Assembly (NCBI GenBank): GCA_047495785.1
Contig: JBLDXI010000074.1
Span: 1,364,001-1,428,000 of the forward strand
Source of the DNA: Lepidodermella squamata
Taxonomy: Eukaryota > Animalia > Gastrotricha
DNA: 64,000 nucleotides
Direction: 5' to 3'
A program made the translations under genes and the position numbers. Below the pieces are notes generated by a model that was not told the origin of the DNA, ran no database searches, and worked only from the letters and a program-made list of their open reading frames with translations. Shown one piece after another: positions 11,619-23,400 of this stretch. The stretch's first letter is position 1. Every line of letters begins with the position of its first letter.

Positions 11619-12018
11619 ATGAACAAGGTTATTTCAACGGTTTCGCTTTTGCTCTTGCTTTTGGTTGGTTAAAGCCATAAAAATTTTGAGTAATCTATGA
11701 TCAAGATATTTGCAGGATTGCGTTGCTGTTTGGTCAAGGTCTGATCTGCCGCCTACAATTGCAGCGTCCAATGAGGTCCAGCGTGGAACCCCGAACAATG
11801 AAAAGTGGAAGACTCCAAATTCCAGGCTTCGGGAGCAGGCCGCTAAGGCGGTCCAGCGTGGAACCCCGAACAATGAAAAGTGGAAGACTCCAAATTCCAG
11901 GCTTCGGGAGCAGGCCGCTAAGGCGGTCCAGCGTGGAACCCCGAACAATGAAAAGTGGATGACTCCAAATTCCAGGCTTCGGGAGCAGGCCGCTAAGGAG
12001 GTCCAGCGGCGGATTTGA
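11619..12018 (+). CDS. Small secreted repeat peptide precursor (~115 aa)
   Basis: TATAAAA at ~11525; exon 11619-11663 (MNKVISTVSLLLLLL), 52-nt GT-AG intron, exon 11716-12018 in frame; AATAAA at ~12110. Confidence 0.6.
11775..12008. repeat. 75-bp tandem repeat x3 (VQRGTPNNEKWKTPNSRLREQAAKA)
   Basis: Units start at 11775, 11850 and 11925 and are near-identical. Confidence 0.95.
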
Positions 12019-12845
12019 ATGATGTTGGGTTTTCGAGGTGACACAGCTGACGAGGCTCTATTGAAGCGGGCTGTTTGATTCTTTTTGATTCAGGTGTTTT
12101 TGAAACCCTAATAAAGCAACTAGATTGGTTTATTCACGTCAATTTTTTCTCAAATTAGCATGTATACAGTTCTTAACAGAGGCTGATGACGTACATAAAT
12201 TTGGTCGTTTAGACTGTGGAGTGGGTCGTGGTCGTGGGTAGTGGGTCCAAGCAAGCTCACCCTCAAATCTTCCAAACCTGTCATCTTCATCATCATGATC
12301 ATAACACGCGGCATTTGAAAGTAATCCTTTAACATTTTTCTGAGTCATTATTTTAAAACACGATATTTTAGCAAGATACTTGTGCAGTTTCGAGTCATTT
12401 TATTTCATTAAGATGTTATAGTTCCGGCCACAAAGTTTCGGCCACAAAGTGGCCATCGTCAGGCAATATCTAAAAACAAACAACAAGATGAAAAAGTCAT
12501 CAGCAAACAAGCTGGTAAGGTCGCTTTGGGTTTGTCGTGCAACGCGAATGATGCAGCGGAGACTGCAAAAGGATACAGGGTACAAGTTGGATTCGATGCT
12601 GAAGCAAAGCAAAGAATTCTTGAATTGACAGGAATCGCAAAAAAACAGCCGATAAAGCTTCATTAAAGGCAAGGCTTCGAGAGCAGACAGTGTTAGAATT
12701 GCAGGATATGAGGATTCAATATTCAAAGCTCTCATCGCCTCTTTGATTCGCGGCGGTTAAGTACTTGGTTGATATTAAATTTAATATTCAGAAAAATTAA
12801 GGCTGTCAAAGATTCGCCATGAGAAAAGTCTGATATCATTAAACG

Positions 12846-13592
12846 CTAATCATCTTGGTCGCTGTCATCGCCAAGGATTGGGGAAGGCAAATCGATAGGA
12901 CGCTGCTCATACGGCGATGGCGTAGGCAAAGCTTCCGGCACGGGGTCGCGAATCACGACAATGGCGTCGAAGTTTAACTCGCCGCGAGAATTCGAGTACT
13001 TGGTCAGTTCAGACCATTCAACGGGCCAGCGGATGGTCACCGTGGGATTGGGTGTGTAGTACTGCTGCGAAATGCCATTCAAAACGACGCGAATGCCCAT
13101 GACCAAAGGTTTTCCGCCAGTTGTAGCTGGCTTCAGGGAGAGCGTGACGTCGTAGTCGAGCGAGCGACTTGGGGCAACAGTTTTGATGGTCGTAGCCAAA
13201 GATGGCCGAAGCACGGTGGTCAGATATTGGCTTCGTTGCAGCTTGAAATACCTATTCCGAAAACGATAATGAAACAGATAAACCAGAGGCATGCTTTCAA
13301 TAGTGAGAAATTACATTCCGCCGATGATGCTCCTCGCGATTGGAACCTCGTCCGATTTTGTTCCAGTGATGTTAGCCGCGCTGAGCTGGTCGTTGTTCTT
13401 CAGTGAGCTGAAGCCGCGGAATGTCGCCATGTAGGCTTGCGTCCTCGAGTCATCCGAAGCCGTTGCTGTATAACGGAATGAAACTAGAATGATGTATGAC
13501 TGATAAGGATGCTCACATTGCTTGGTTGTGGTCTGTGCGCTGTTGACACTGGCTAATGCAGCTAAGGGGAATGCGATAAGCTGCCACATCAT
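12846..13592 (-). CDS. Unknown secreted protein, tandem family copy 2 (~210 aa, intact)
   Basis: Exons 13517-13592, 13315-13465, 12846-13251; signal peptide MMWQLIAFPLAALASVNSA; total length divisible by 3. Confidence 0.82.
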
Positions 13593-13974
13593 TAATCTCA
13601 ACTATAGACCGAAGGTTTGAAGCCTGTGGATAAAATGTATCGCCGTACAAAGATTCCCTGTGCTATTTCTAAATGAAGGAGAAAGAACCCTCTCCCTCCC
13701 TATAAATAGGCATAATGTAGGCGTAAAATGTAGCGCTCCTACTCAATCTCCATGTCCAGCAAAAATGCATGCAATTCAAAGGAACCGTGTATTGTTGTAT
13801 GACGTTTCTAGTCGCATTTTTTCCGTCGTGTTCGAGCAGGTAGGTAAACACATTCCTCGATATTCACTCGAGGTTTAACGGCCTTGCCAAATAAAAAAAT
13901 CAGTATTTCACCACGCATTTTTCTTCTTTGTTTTAATCCTGTTGCTTTTGTTGTTTTTTCACACGTCTGAATGA

Positions 13975-14090
13975 TGGATATGCTGAGGCGCAGCCGAAGG
14001 ACTAAATTTCGCGCAGAAGGCCGAATATCCATCGATATCCGCCGATATCAACGGGTGTATGGGTGTTATCCGGCGTTGTCCGGCTGCCCG
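13975..14090. mobile_element. Fragment related to the hairpin of the 6863-7891 element
   Basis: Shared core ctgaggcgcagccgaagg followed by gaagg..gaatat and gttatccgg. Confidence 0.55.
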
Positions 14091-15023
14091 GATCTGCAGA
14101 TTCTACACCCCAGATTTTAGGGGTTGCATGCTCTGCTAAAATACTTACTCTGCCCAATAAAAACTATCAACTGCTCCAATGTTGAAAGTTTCGAACCTAA
14201 TCTATTGTGGTTTAATAATAGCGGAATAGCTAATAGCATGACTCCTTTGTTGATAGGTTCGCAGTTTCCTTGCCTTTTCTCCGTTGATTTTTTATTTTTA
14301 GTCAGTCATATAGTAAACAGTATGCTTAGATCATCGATGCAATTGCTAATCTCTTTTACCTCCCATATCGGCACCGGTTTAGTCGAACTACGCTGTGTTG
14401 GCCAAACTTTTAGCGAACTAAGACGATAAAATGAAATATTTGTTCGACCAAGCTCGGCCAGAATTGCGTACTGCTTATCATGGAAACATGCACAGGGCGT
14501 GATGAAGCTACCCTGGGACAAATGACATAGATATGTAGCCCCTGAGAAGATCATATGTAGCCCCTATCTTCGACCGTGTTCGACTAACTGGTGCAAAATT
14601 GGCTCAGCTGGCTCATAGTTTGCATGGATAGATTTCTCCATATCTTCAAACAAACTGCAATAGCTGCGTGAGCATGTAACATGCATTCAATTAATTCCTG
14701 CTTAGCTGGTATGGTGCTTTTACACCCATTTGTGGCTTGATAAGGTTCAACGGGAAAAAGTTTAAGAACTTTCAACCTATGCTTCAAACTTCTAACCAGA
14801 GGCTGTTGATCCCGTCAACAGCGAGCTGTATGAAATTACGTATGGTAGGGCTGAAACATGTCGCTGGAAATGTTTTTCGGGTGCAGCTATTAACTTCGAA
14901 ATTCACAGAAGCACAAGGTTAACCCACGAGCATTAAAAATACTCGGTAGCTTCAACGACTTTCCAAGATCTTTATTTCGCGTTAACTCTATCATTATTGA
15001 TTCTCGAAAATGCGATACGTCTA

Positions 15024-15857
15024 TCACTTATCCTCGATGTTTTGGCCGCTGTCATCATCTCCATTGGCAGAGCCTGGGAACGGCAAGTCGATTGGGCGCT
15101 GCATTATGGGTTCCTGCATAATTGGTCGCGAATCAATAGGACGCTGCTCGTACGGCGACGGCGTAGGCAAAGCTTCCGGCACGGGGTCGCGAATCACGAC
15201 AATGGCGTCGAAGTTTAACTCGCCGCGAGAATTCGAGTACTTGGTCAGTTCAGACCATTCAACGGGCCAGCGGATGGTCACCGTGGGATTGGGTGTGTAG
15301 TACTGCTGCGAAATGCCATTCAACGCGAATGCCCATGACCAAAGGTTTTCCGCCAGTTGTAGCTGGCTTCAGGGAGAGCGTGACGTCGTAGTCGAGCGAG
15401 CGACTTGGGGCAACAGTTTTGATGGTCGTAGCCAAAGATGGCCGAAGCACGGTGGTCAGATATTGGCTTCGCTGTAGTTTGAAATACCTGCAAGTCAACA
15501 CAGAAAAGTAATCAGAAAACTTATTTTCACAGCCTTCAAGAGGGTTTTCAGTTGGGCTAGTCATGAGGACTTACATTCCACCGATAACATTCTTCGCGAT
15601 CGGCACCTCGTCCGATTTGGATCCAGTGATGTTGGCTGCCGTGAGCTGATCGCTGTCCCTTAGCGAGCTGAAGCCGCGGAATGTCGCCGTGTAGGCCTGC
15701 GTTCTTGAGTCATCCGCAGTCATCGCTGCATAACAGAATGCAGGGCAATGAATCCGGAATAAGCCTAGTACTATTGACACTCACATTGCTTCGTTGTGGT
15801 CTGTGCGCTGTTTACACTGGCCAGTGCAGCCACGGAGAGTGCGATAAGCTGCCACAT
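15024..15857 (-). pseudogene. Tandem family copy 3 with a 5-bp frameshifting deletion
   Basis: Exons 15785-15857, 15575-15725, 15024-15487; ccattca^acgcg at ~15322 versus ccattcaaaacgacgcg in copy 2 splits the ORF. Confidence 0.78.
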
Positions 15858-17443
15858 TACAATCTCTACTACAGCATGTACTTAATGATTGAAAGATTGA
15901 AAACCTCCATTTTAGGAACTTAACGGGATAAAGTTTGATTTTCCAACCCATCCTCTCGTCAAAAAGCTTATCCTTGTTGCAACTTTTCAAGAATGATCAT
16001 GAAAGTATGGGGTTCCATCCAGAAGCCTCAAAGGATTGGAATACGCTTCTAAATTGTTGCAAGGTAGTAAAGATGGAGTAAGAATTTGTTCTGATTTTAG
16101 AAACGCCTGTTTTTACTGATATAGCCATCCCTACTCAGTTTCCATGGTCAGCGAAGAGGCATGCACTTCAAAGCTTATTAATACGAAGATTCTGGTCGGA
16201 TTATTCTCTTCTGTCGTGCTCAAGTTAGTAAACATTACTCGATACTCACTCAAGTCAGAAAGGCCGAGCCAAATAAAAAACGAGCATTCAACCACGCGTT
16301 TTTTTCTACATGCGGTTATCCTATTGTCTTTGCTGCTTTTTGACTAATCTGAATGATGAAAGCTGAATTTTTAAAAAAATAATAACCTGGGAGAGCAGAC
16401 GTCAAACTTGAGTAAAACCTTTTCCCGTGTTTACAACAAAATTATACAGAAACAACCCAAAATAACCCTCTAATTCGAAATTCTACAAGCTAAGCACTTT
16501 GCCTAGCCTTATCCTAACCCTAACGCCTAACTCTGATCCTAAACCCTAACTTTAACCCTAAAAGTATGGCTAATGGACCCAGAATTTGATGCTGCATCTG
16601 AATCCGGGCTTGAAATATGCAACAACCTTTATACTTGAGCCGCTAACTTCCAGCTGGTCGCAGGAAACTTATTTTTAAACCTTAAAAACAAATGCTATCC
16701 AAAGGGATTCCCTTTCTGCGGACTGAACCCAAAAAAGACAAAGTTGCAAATCAGCAAAATTGCCTCATTTTTTATTGTTCTCTCAAATCGGCAAGATTTC
16801 GTCCTGGTCCTGGTATCAACAAGGTCACAGAATATTACATAATTGTATAGTAATAATTTTGAAGCGCGACCGCCCCGTCTCGCAGTTATGTATGACGCAT
16901 CCAGAGCCACAATTTGTCGGGTCCAACGAGTATAATATTGCAATATATATCGGCATCTGTCAACGACGTCACAGCTCAAGCAGCGAAAAGCGGAGCGGAA
17001 AATCACGCGTTTGAGATTAGCATTCCAATAAATTTCTATCAATGTCCGAATGTTATTATTTCAGTTATAACAATTGAAATAATTCTTCCAATATTATTTT
17101 GTAAAATTGGTAGAAAATTTGTGAGCAATACAATTTTCCATTCACTGAAAGAGAGACAGACGTAATATAGTAGGGCAAGAACAGCTTTTTGAGCAACGTG
17201 ATGATAATTTTCTCAGTCTGGAATAAAAGGCACAATGAACTTTTTTTTACAGGTCAAATGTTAATTATAAAAAAATGCTACTATTTTTGATTGCACAAAT
17301 TGAGCAAAGTTTTTTTCGCATAATCATAGTAATAATAATAATAAATTGAGCCGGATTATTTTTGTTTATCATGGCGAGTAAAAATGAAGTCGTAAATGGT
17401 ATTTTACAATTTTTTACAATTTTAATACTAATTTTGTCGCACG

Positions 17444-20400
17444 TCAATGCTTTCGGTTGTACCGCCGGTGACTCGAATAGGAAGGCTGGCTGTCGGGCAT
17501 GTAGTCGCGTTGCTGCTGCCCTCTGCTGTCGCTGAAATTTGGCGAAATGTTTTGCGCGTATCTTTGGCCGAGCGAATTCGAGGAGGGTGAAGCACTGTTG
17601 CCGTTGTTGTTGTTGCCGTTGCCGTTTTTACAGCCGTTTTCGCACTCGGACTGCGTTTTGAAGTTGTTGTGATTGCCGCCGCAGCCCGTGTAGATGAACG
17701 GCTTGCACACTTCGAGCGATGTGTCGTAGTAGTAGCGCACGATTTGAGTGCGGCACGTGCCAGGGTCGACCGATTGCATGCATTCACCTGGAGATAAAAA
17801 TTGAAAAATTAATTAACCTCAAAAGTGGAGACGTCGTAAGAATGTCAGAAAAATTCGGAAAAAATCTTCAAAATATTGATTCGATGAAACTAGAATATTC
17901 CAAATGGTACGATTCTGTGTATGGTTCCAACTTCACGATTCCAACATTAAATCTTAGGCTCCATTCCCCCAAAATTATTATTTTTCGAAGTTCAAAAAAT
18001 CAGAAAAAGTACTCTAAATTTAATGTTGAGCTGACTTGTCGTGCTTTAAGGAATATTTCAGCCATTGATGCCGAAAATTCTACGGATTATCTCAACTTTC
18101 GCTAATTTTTCATAATTCATCCAAAGTTTCCCAATCCATGTTTATAGTTCCGGAAAAATGAGGTTAAACTCACTAGACACAGCAGAATTTTGCCGTTGGC
18201 TGAACGCGGCTAACTGCGGTTGTTTCGCCTCGTTTTGCTGCTGCTGCTGATTCGATGGCTGAGCCTGTTGCTGCTGTCGCTGTTGCTGCTGCTGCCTCGG
18301 CGGCTGTTTATGCGACCTGCCAACCGGAATCTCCGCCAGCACCCCGGGCCTGGTGCCGCGCAGCTCCGCCTCGGCGTTCTTCTGCGGCAGAAAAACCGGA
18401 CCTCGCCGTAGCGGCTGCTCAGTGACCGGCGCACTTGTATCCTCCGCGTCATCATCGCCCTCATTCTCGGTCTCAAACTCCTCAGCCGAGACCACCTGTT
18501 CCGCCTCTTCCTCCGACGTCCGCGTCTCGAAATCACCCGCCGCGCCCTCGTCGCCGTCGTCGCCGTCACCCGCCGGCAACTCACCCGAGGCAACGTGGAT
18601 GTGGTGATGGTGGTGGTGGTGATGCAAATGGCCGGGGTGTTTCGGCGTCGATGTGCCACCCTGCTGCTGCTGCTGCTGCTTCATCGCGAAAATTCTCGGC
18701 TGTTGCGGGATTGCAATGGCTTTTTGCGTCGTCGCCTCGGCGTAGTCGCCCAGGTCGTCGAGCTGCTCCGACCCGCCGTCGCGTTCGCTGCTCGACTGCG
18801 CTTGCTCCTGGCTGTGTAATTGCTGCTGCTGTTGTGGCGGCGGCTGCTGATGCGTCTCGGTTTCGTCGTCGAATTGCGGCTGCGGGTAGGCGAGGTACGG
18901 CCGGGCTGAGGCGCGCACGCGTTTTGATTGCACGGCGAATAGCTGGCTCTTAGGCGTGTTGCCCAGGCCGGGTGGCGCCGGGTTCGAGAACAGCGGAGAA
19001 CCAACCGGGACCGCTTTCTGGAAATCCGAATCGTCCTTCGCTGCAAAAATAAAAATTGTTGGTAAAGTTTTAAATTTGAATTTTTCAAGTTGAAATTCTT
19101 GAAAAATTAAAATTTGAATTTTCAAACTGTTTCAGAATCTTTTTGAAAATTTTGAATAAGATTTGAACCTAAGTTCTTCCGAAACTGTCCGACTGACGAG
19201 GCCCCAACAGGCGAACCTAAGAGCGCTCATTCGGGACCCATGGCTTCGGCCCATCCATTCAACGAATGGGACGTCTCAAAATGAATCCATTTATCATTTA
19301 CCATTCTTCCGAAACCGCAATATACCGACAAGATTCTGAACTGGAAACTTTCAGCTTTCACGATACAAGGTGATCCAGCGAAAATTTCCCGACCCAAGAT
19401 GGACAACTCAGATTCGGAAATTCACTTGATTCCTTTCGAAATTTAATCAACAATTTGAAAAGTTGAATTTTTTTCGAAACTTGGAAATTTCAAATTCAAA
19501 TGAAAATGCTTTTTACTTTTTGAATAATTAAAAACATTGAAATTTCAAATTTGACGGAAGGGTCAATACATATAAAATTCGATTAATATAAAGAAAGTAC
19601 TACACTAATAAAGGAAAAAGTACGTAGAAGAACATTTTCTATTATTAGTGTAGTACTTTCTTTATATTAATCGAATTTTATATGTATTGACCCGAACACT
19701 TAATTTAGAAAAATTGCAAGAATCTCCAGAAAGTTTAGAAAATCCATTGAATTTTCAAAAATCCTAGGTTAAAATGAAGATATTTTTTCAACTCACGTAG
19801 CACGTAAGCGACTAGAGCAGGCAGGCGCCAGCGGTTGAGCACCAGGTCGAAAGTAACGCGAACCAGGCCATTGGACACCATTTTGATTTCCTCGAACTCG
19901 CGCTGGTCAATGTTCATCGCCACGCCGGCCTCGACCAGCTCGGTCGCATTCGGCGCCGCGACGTCGCCGTCCAGGTACGGCACCACCATCTTCGACTCGT
20001 CGATGTGCACCGAGTCGTAGAAAATGCCCAGGTACTGGCCCATTTTCACGTCGATGCGCTGCTCGCGCGGCACGACCCACGTCTTCCACTTGCGGTAGCG
20101 GTCCTTGCCGGCCGTGATGCGGTTCGAGCCGACGAGTTCGAACTCGAGGCGGCGCGTGTTGACGCGGCGCCACACCGACGCGTGCACCGACGCCTCGGGG
20201 TCGACGGCGAAGCGCACGAACTGCCACGCGACAATCTGGCCCGTGCACGTGATCGGCATCGACGTGAAAATTTGCAGGTAAGACCCGGCCATCGTGAAGT
20301 GTTGCGGGTCGAGCGCGGACTGGTTGTGGACAATGCACGTCTCGGGCACGACGACGCCCTGTTGCGCGAGCAGCTGGTCGGCGGTTCCGGCGAGTTGCGC

Positions 20401-23400
20401 CATTTTCGACTCGCGGCGGTTAGATTGTTGGGGCGGGTGCTCGAACACGGGCTGCGCTGCGAATGCTTCAGGAAATTCGGTTGTCGACATGGATTCCGTC
20501 GTGGTACGAGGCGGTTTCGTCATCTAGAAATTTAAATTTGAATTATTAAACAATGAGGGCTACCAGAGCTTTGGAAATTTTGGAAATTTCCAAAAAATTG
20601 AAATTTGAAACTCACGAATAATTGGAAATTTTGGAAATTTCCAAAAAATTGAAATTTGAAACTCACGAATAATTGGAAATTTTGGAAATTTCCAAAAAAT
20701 TGAAATTTGAAACTCACGAATAATTGGAAATTTTGGAAATTTCCAAAAAATTGAAATTTGAAACTCACGAATAATTGGAAATTTTGGAAATTTCCAAAAA
20801 ATTGAAATTTGAAACTCACGAATAATTGGAAATTTTGGAAATTTCCAAAAAATTGAAATTTGAAACTCACGAATAATTGGAAATTTTGGAAATTTCCAAA
20901 AAATTGAAATTTGAAACTCACGAATAATTGGAAATTTTGGAAATTTCCAAAAAATTGAAATTTGAAACTCACGAATAATTGGAAATTTTGGAAATTTCCA
21001 AAAAATTGAAATTTGAAACTCACGAATAATTGGAAATTTTGGAAATTTCCAAAAAATTGAAATTTGAAACTCACGAATAATTGGAAATTTGGAATTTGGA
21101 ATTTCAAAATTCTGAAAATTCCAAATTCCAAGTTATGAATTTCATTTTCAACTTAAAAATTTAGTATTCAGCTTTAAAATTGTTTCAAAATTTCCAACTT
21201 CAGAAATTTTTGAATTGGAAATTTCAAAATAAAATGTTCCTAAAAAAATAATGGATCCCAATGGATTTTTTCAAATTCCTTGACTTCTTTGGTTTTCTGA
21301 TTCCGGAAAATCAGCTAAAAAAAATTGAGAATGAAATTCACCGATATTTTGCGACCGCTAACCTTGGCGCGAGCCGTCGATACCGGAATAGCCGCCGAGC
21401 TAGTTTCGTAGAATTCGGTCGAGTAAGGCGCCATTGTGGTTGTCGTGCGTCTCCGGCGTTTCTTCGCCGTCGAAAACACGCTGAGCACGCGCTCGGCCTT
21501 CGTGCTGAACGGCGTCTGCACGATTTCGTCGGCGTCGTTGATCCAATCGCGCGTCATCATCGCCATCAAGGCGTTGTTCGGCCGCTTTGTCGGTTTCAAA
21601 GCCGCTGCGGCTGCTGCTGGTTCGTTATAGGACATTCCTGAAATAAGGACGTATCAAGAATAAAAAACAGCATTCGAAATAAAAAATTAAAAATTAGACC
21701 AGTTGTCAAAATTAAATAAGCTAATAAAAAATTGAAATCAATTCCGAATTTTAGTGAAAAATTAAAAATTTAACAAAATTTCAAGAATGAATTTTAAAAT
21801 TCTAAAAATTAATTTTCTCATCTATTTGTAAATTTTGTTTGGAAATTAATTTCAAAACCTCAAATCAATTTCATTCAAATTTAAAAATTCAATTTCGCAA
21901 AATTTGACCTTTGAAATTCGTTAAATTTTACTTTTAAAGTTCGCAAATAACTCTTGAAAAATTTCGAAACGGGTTCAGTTTACTGTTGCTCACCTGGTAC
22001 GAATGGCATGCTGGTCTGGGTGTCTCCCCGGCTAGGTGGTGACGCGGCAGGTAAAGGCATGTACTGCTGCGACGGCGCCTGGGCCACCTGTTGGTCGGGT
22101 TTCGGGGCGAAAGGCGGTGCTGGCTGCCCGGCTACAAATGGCATGTGCGGAATCGGAGCCTGCGTCGCCCTCGGCTGTTGCTGCTGGTTCCAGCCGGCCA
22201 GGGTGACCGGGGCGAAGGGTGACTCATCGCCGGATGAACCTTGCCGCTGCTGGGGGTTTTGGAACCCGCCAGGCATTTGAGGCTGAAATTGTTGTTGTTG
22301 TTGCTGCTGCATTTGTTGCTGTTGTTGCATCTGCTGTTGCAACTGTTGCTGTTGTTGCTGCTGCTGCTGCTGTTGCTGTTGGGGTTGGCCGTATTGGATT
22401 GGGTAGTTTTGCGGCTGATAACCTGGATTGATGTCATTCTGGCCGTACTGACCCTGCTGGCCAAATCGACCTAGAAGAAAAATACAGACAAAATATTAGA
22501 GATTTTCAACCCCAAAATTGCGATGTTAATTATTAAGCGTTAATTATTAGTAGAACAAGCAACTAAAATGCTAAGTTAAAATTATATTGCCCAAGTTAGC
22601 AAGGAATTGCATACCACACTTTCATATCCTGTTCATTTTGGCTAATTCTTGGTATCAATTCTCCTTCCGGAACCTCGAAGCTGCTATCAATCCAATTCCT
22701 TCTCCTGTATTATTTTAAATAAAATGCCTAATTTAGCAATAATCCCCTGATCCTATACTGAAAAAGGAAAATTAAGTTGCCAAATAGGGATTCTCTCTCT
22801 CTCCCTATATCATTTTCTGAGTGTATCCTTTTTTCAATTTCCTACTCCAGTTATGTCTCCCTTTCCTACACTTACCTACACTAAATCCTAATTTTGCAGT
22901 TTTTCCCCAACATATCCTATATTCCCATTTAGGGTTCTAGTTTTTTAAAGGAAATACCCTATTTACCAGCTATACATCCTTTGAGATCCCTAACGTTGAG
23001 ATTCCTAATCTCCGAGTTCCTGATTCATAACGCAATTGAATAGGATGAGCCATGATACGTCCTTTATCGTATCCAAGTGGAACCCTAACTGAAGCTTTTC
23101 CGAGAATTCCATTTCTAATACTCTTGCGACCTTATTTTTCAGTTTTCCTAATCTCTTTGCTGACCCTCCACGATCAATTCCTTGCGCAAAATCCTTGTTT
23201 ACGAAAAATAAAAAAGCCAATATATATGAAGCGTGTTTGATTATGGAAGCGCAGTGGGTAAAGTGCTGAATGGCAAAAAGTGGGCGTAAAAAAATTCAAA
23301 GCCGTGCGTAGATGATTTGTATGAATTGCGAACGTGATAAGTTGTGCTTGTTTGCTTTTTTCGCGATCGGTTTGATCGGCAAGAGCAGGCCGGGTGGTGC

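Noticed and set aside
11723-11962. Alternative frame with RR sites and LQIPGFG, resembling an amidated neuropeptide precursor
   Set aside because: No phase-compatible donor from the signal exon, a stop in the third repeat, and the Gly is not followed directly by a basic residue.
12139-12770. Short ORFs on both strands
   Set aside because: No recognisable domain or consistent splice model.
14124-14920. Possible decayed transposase or recombinase ORFs next to the hairpin fragment
   Set aside because: Multiple stops and no motif I can identify.
16490-16562. Telomere-like CCCTAA repeats (also ~8820-8850)
   Set aside because: Few and degenerate; more likely a repeat-element remnant than an interstitial telomere.
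18210-20535. Many overlapping Arg/Ala-rich ORFs
   Set aside because: Alternative-frame and antisense shadows of GC-rich exons.
20532-21131. 199-aa repetitive ORF; CRISPR-like appearance
   Set aside because: Read-through of a 51-bp intronic minisatellite; units abut with no unique spacers and the DNA is eukaryotic.
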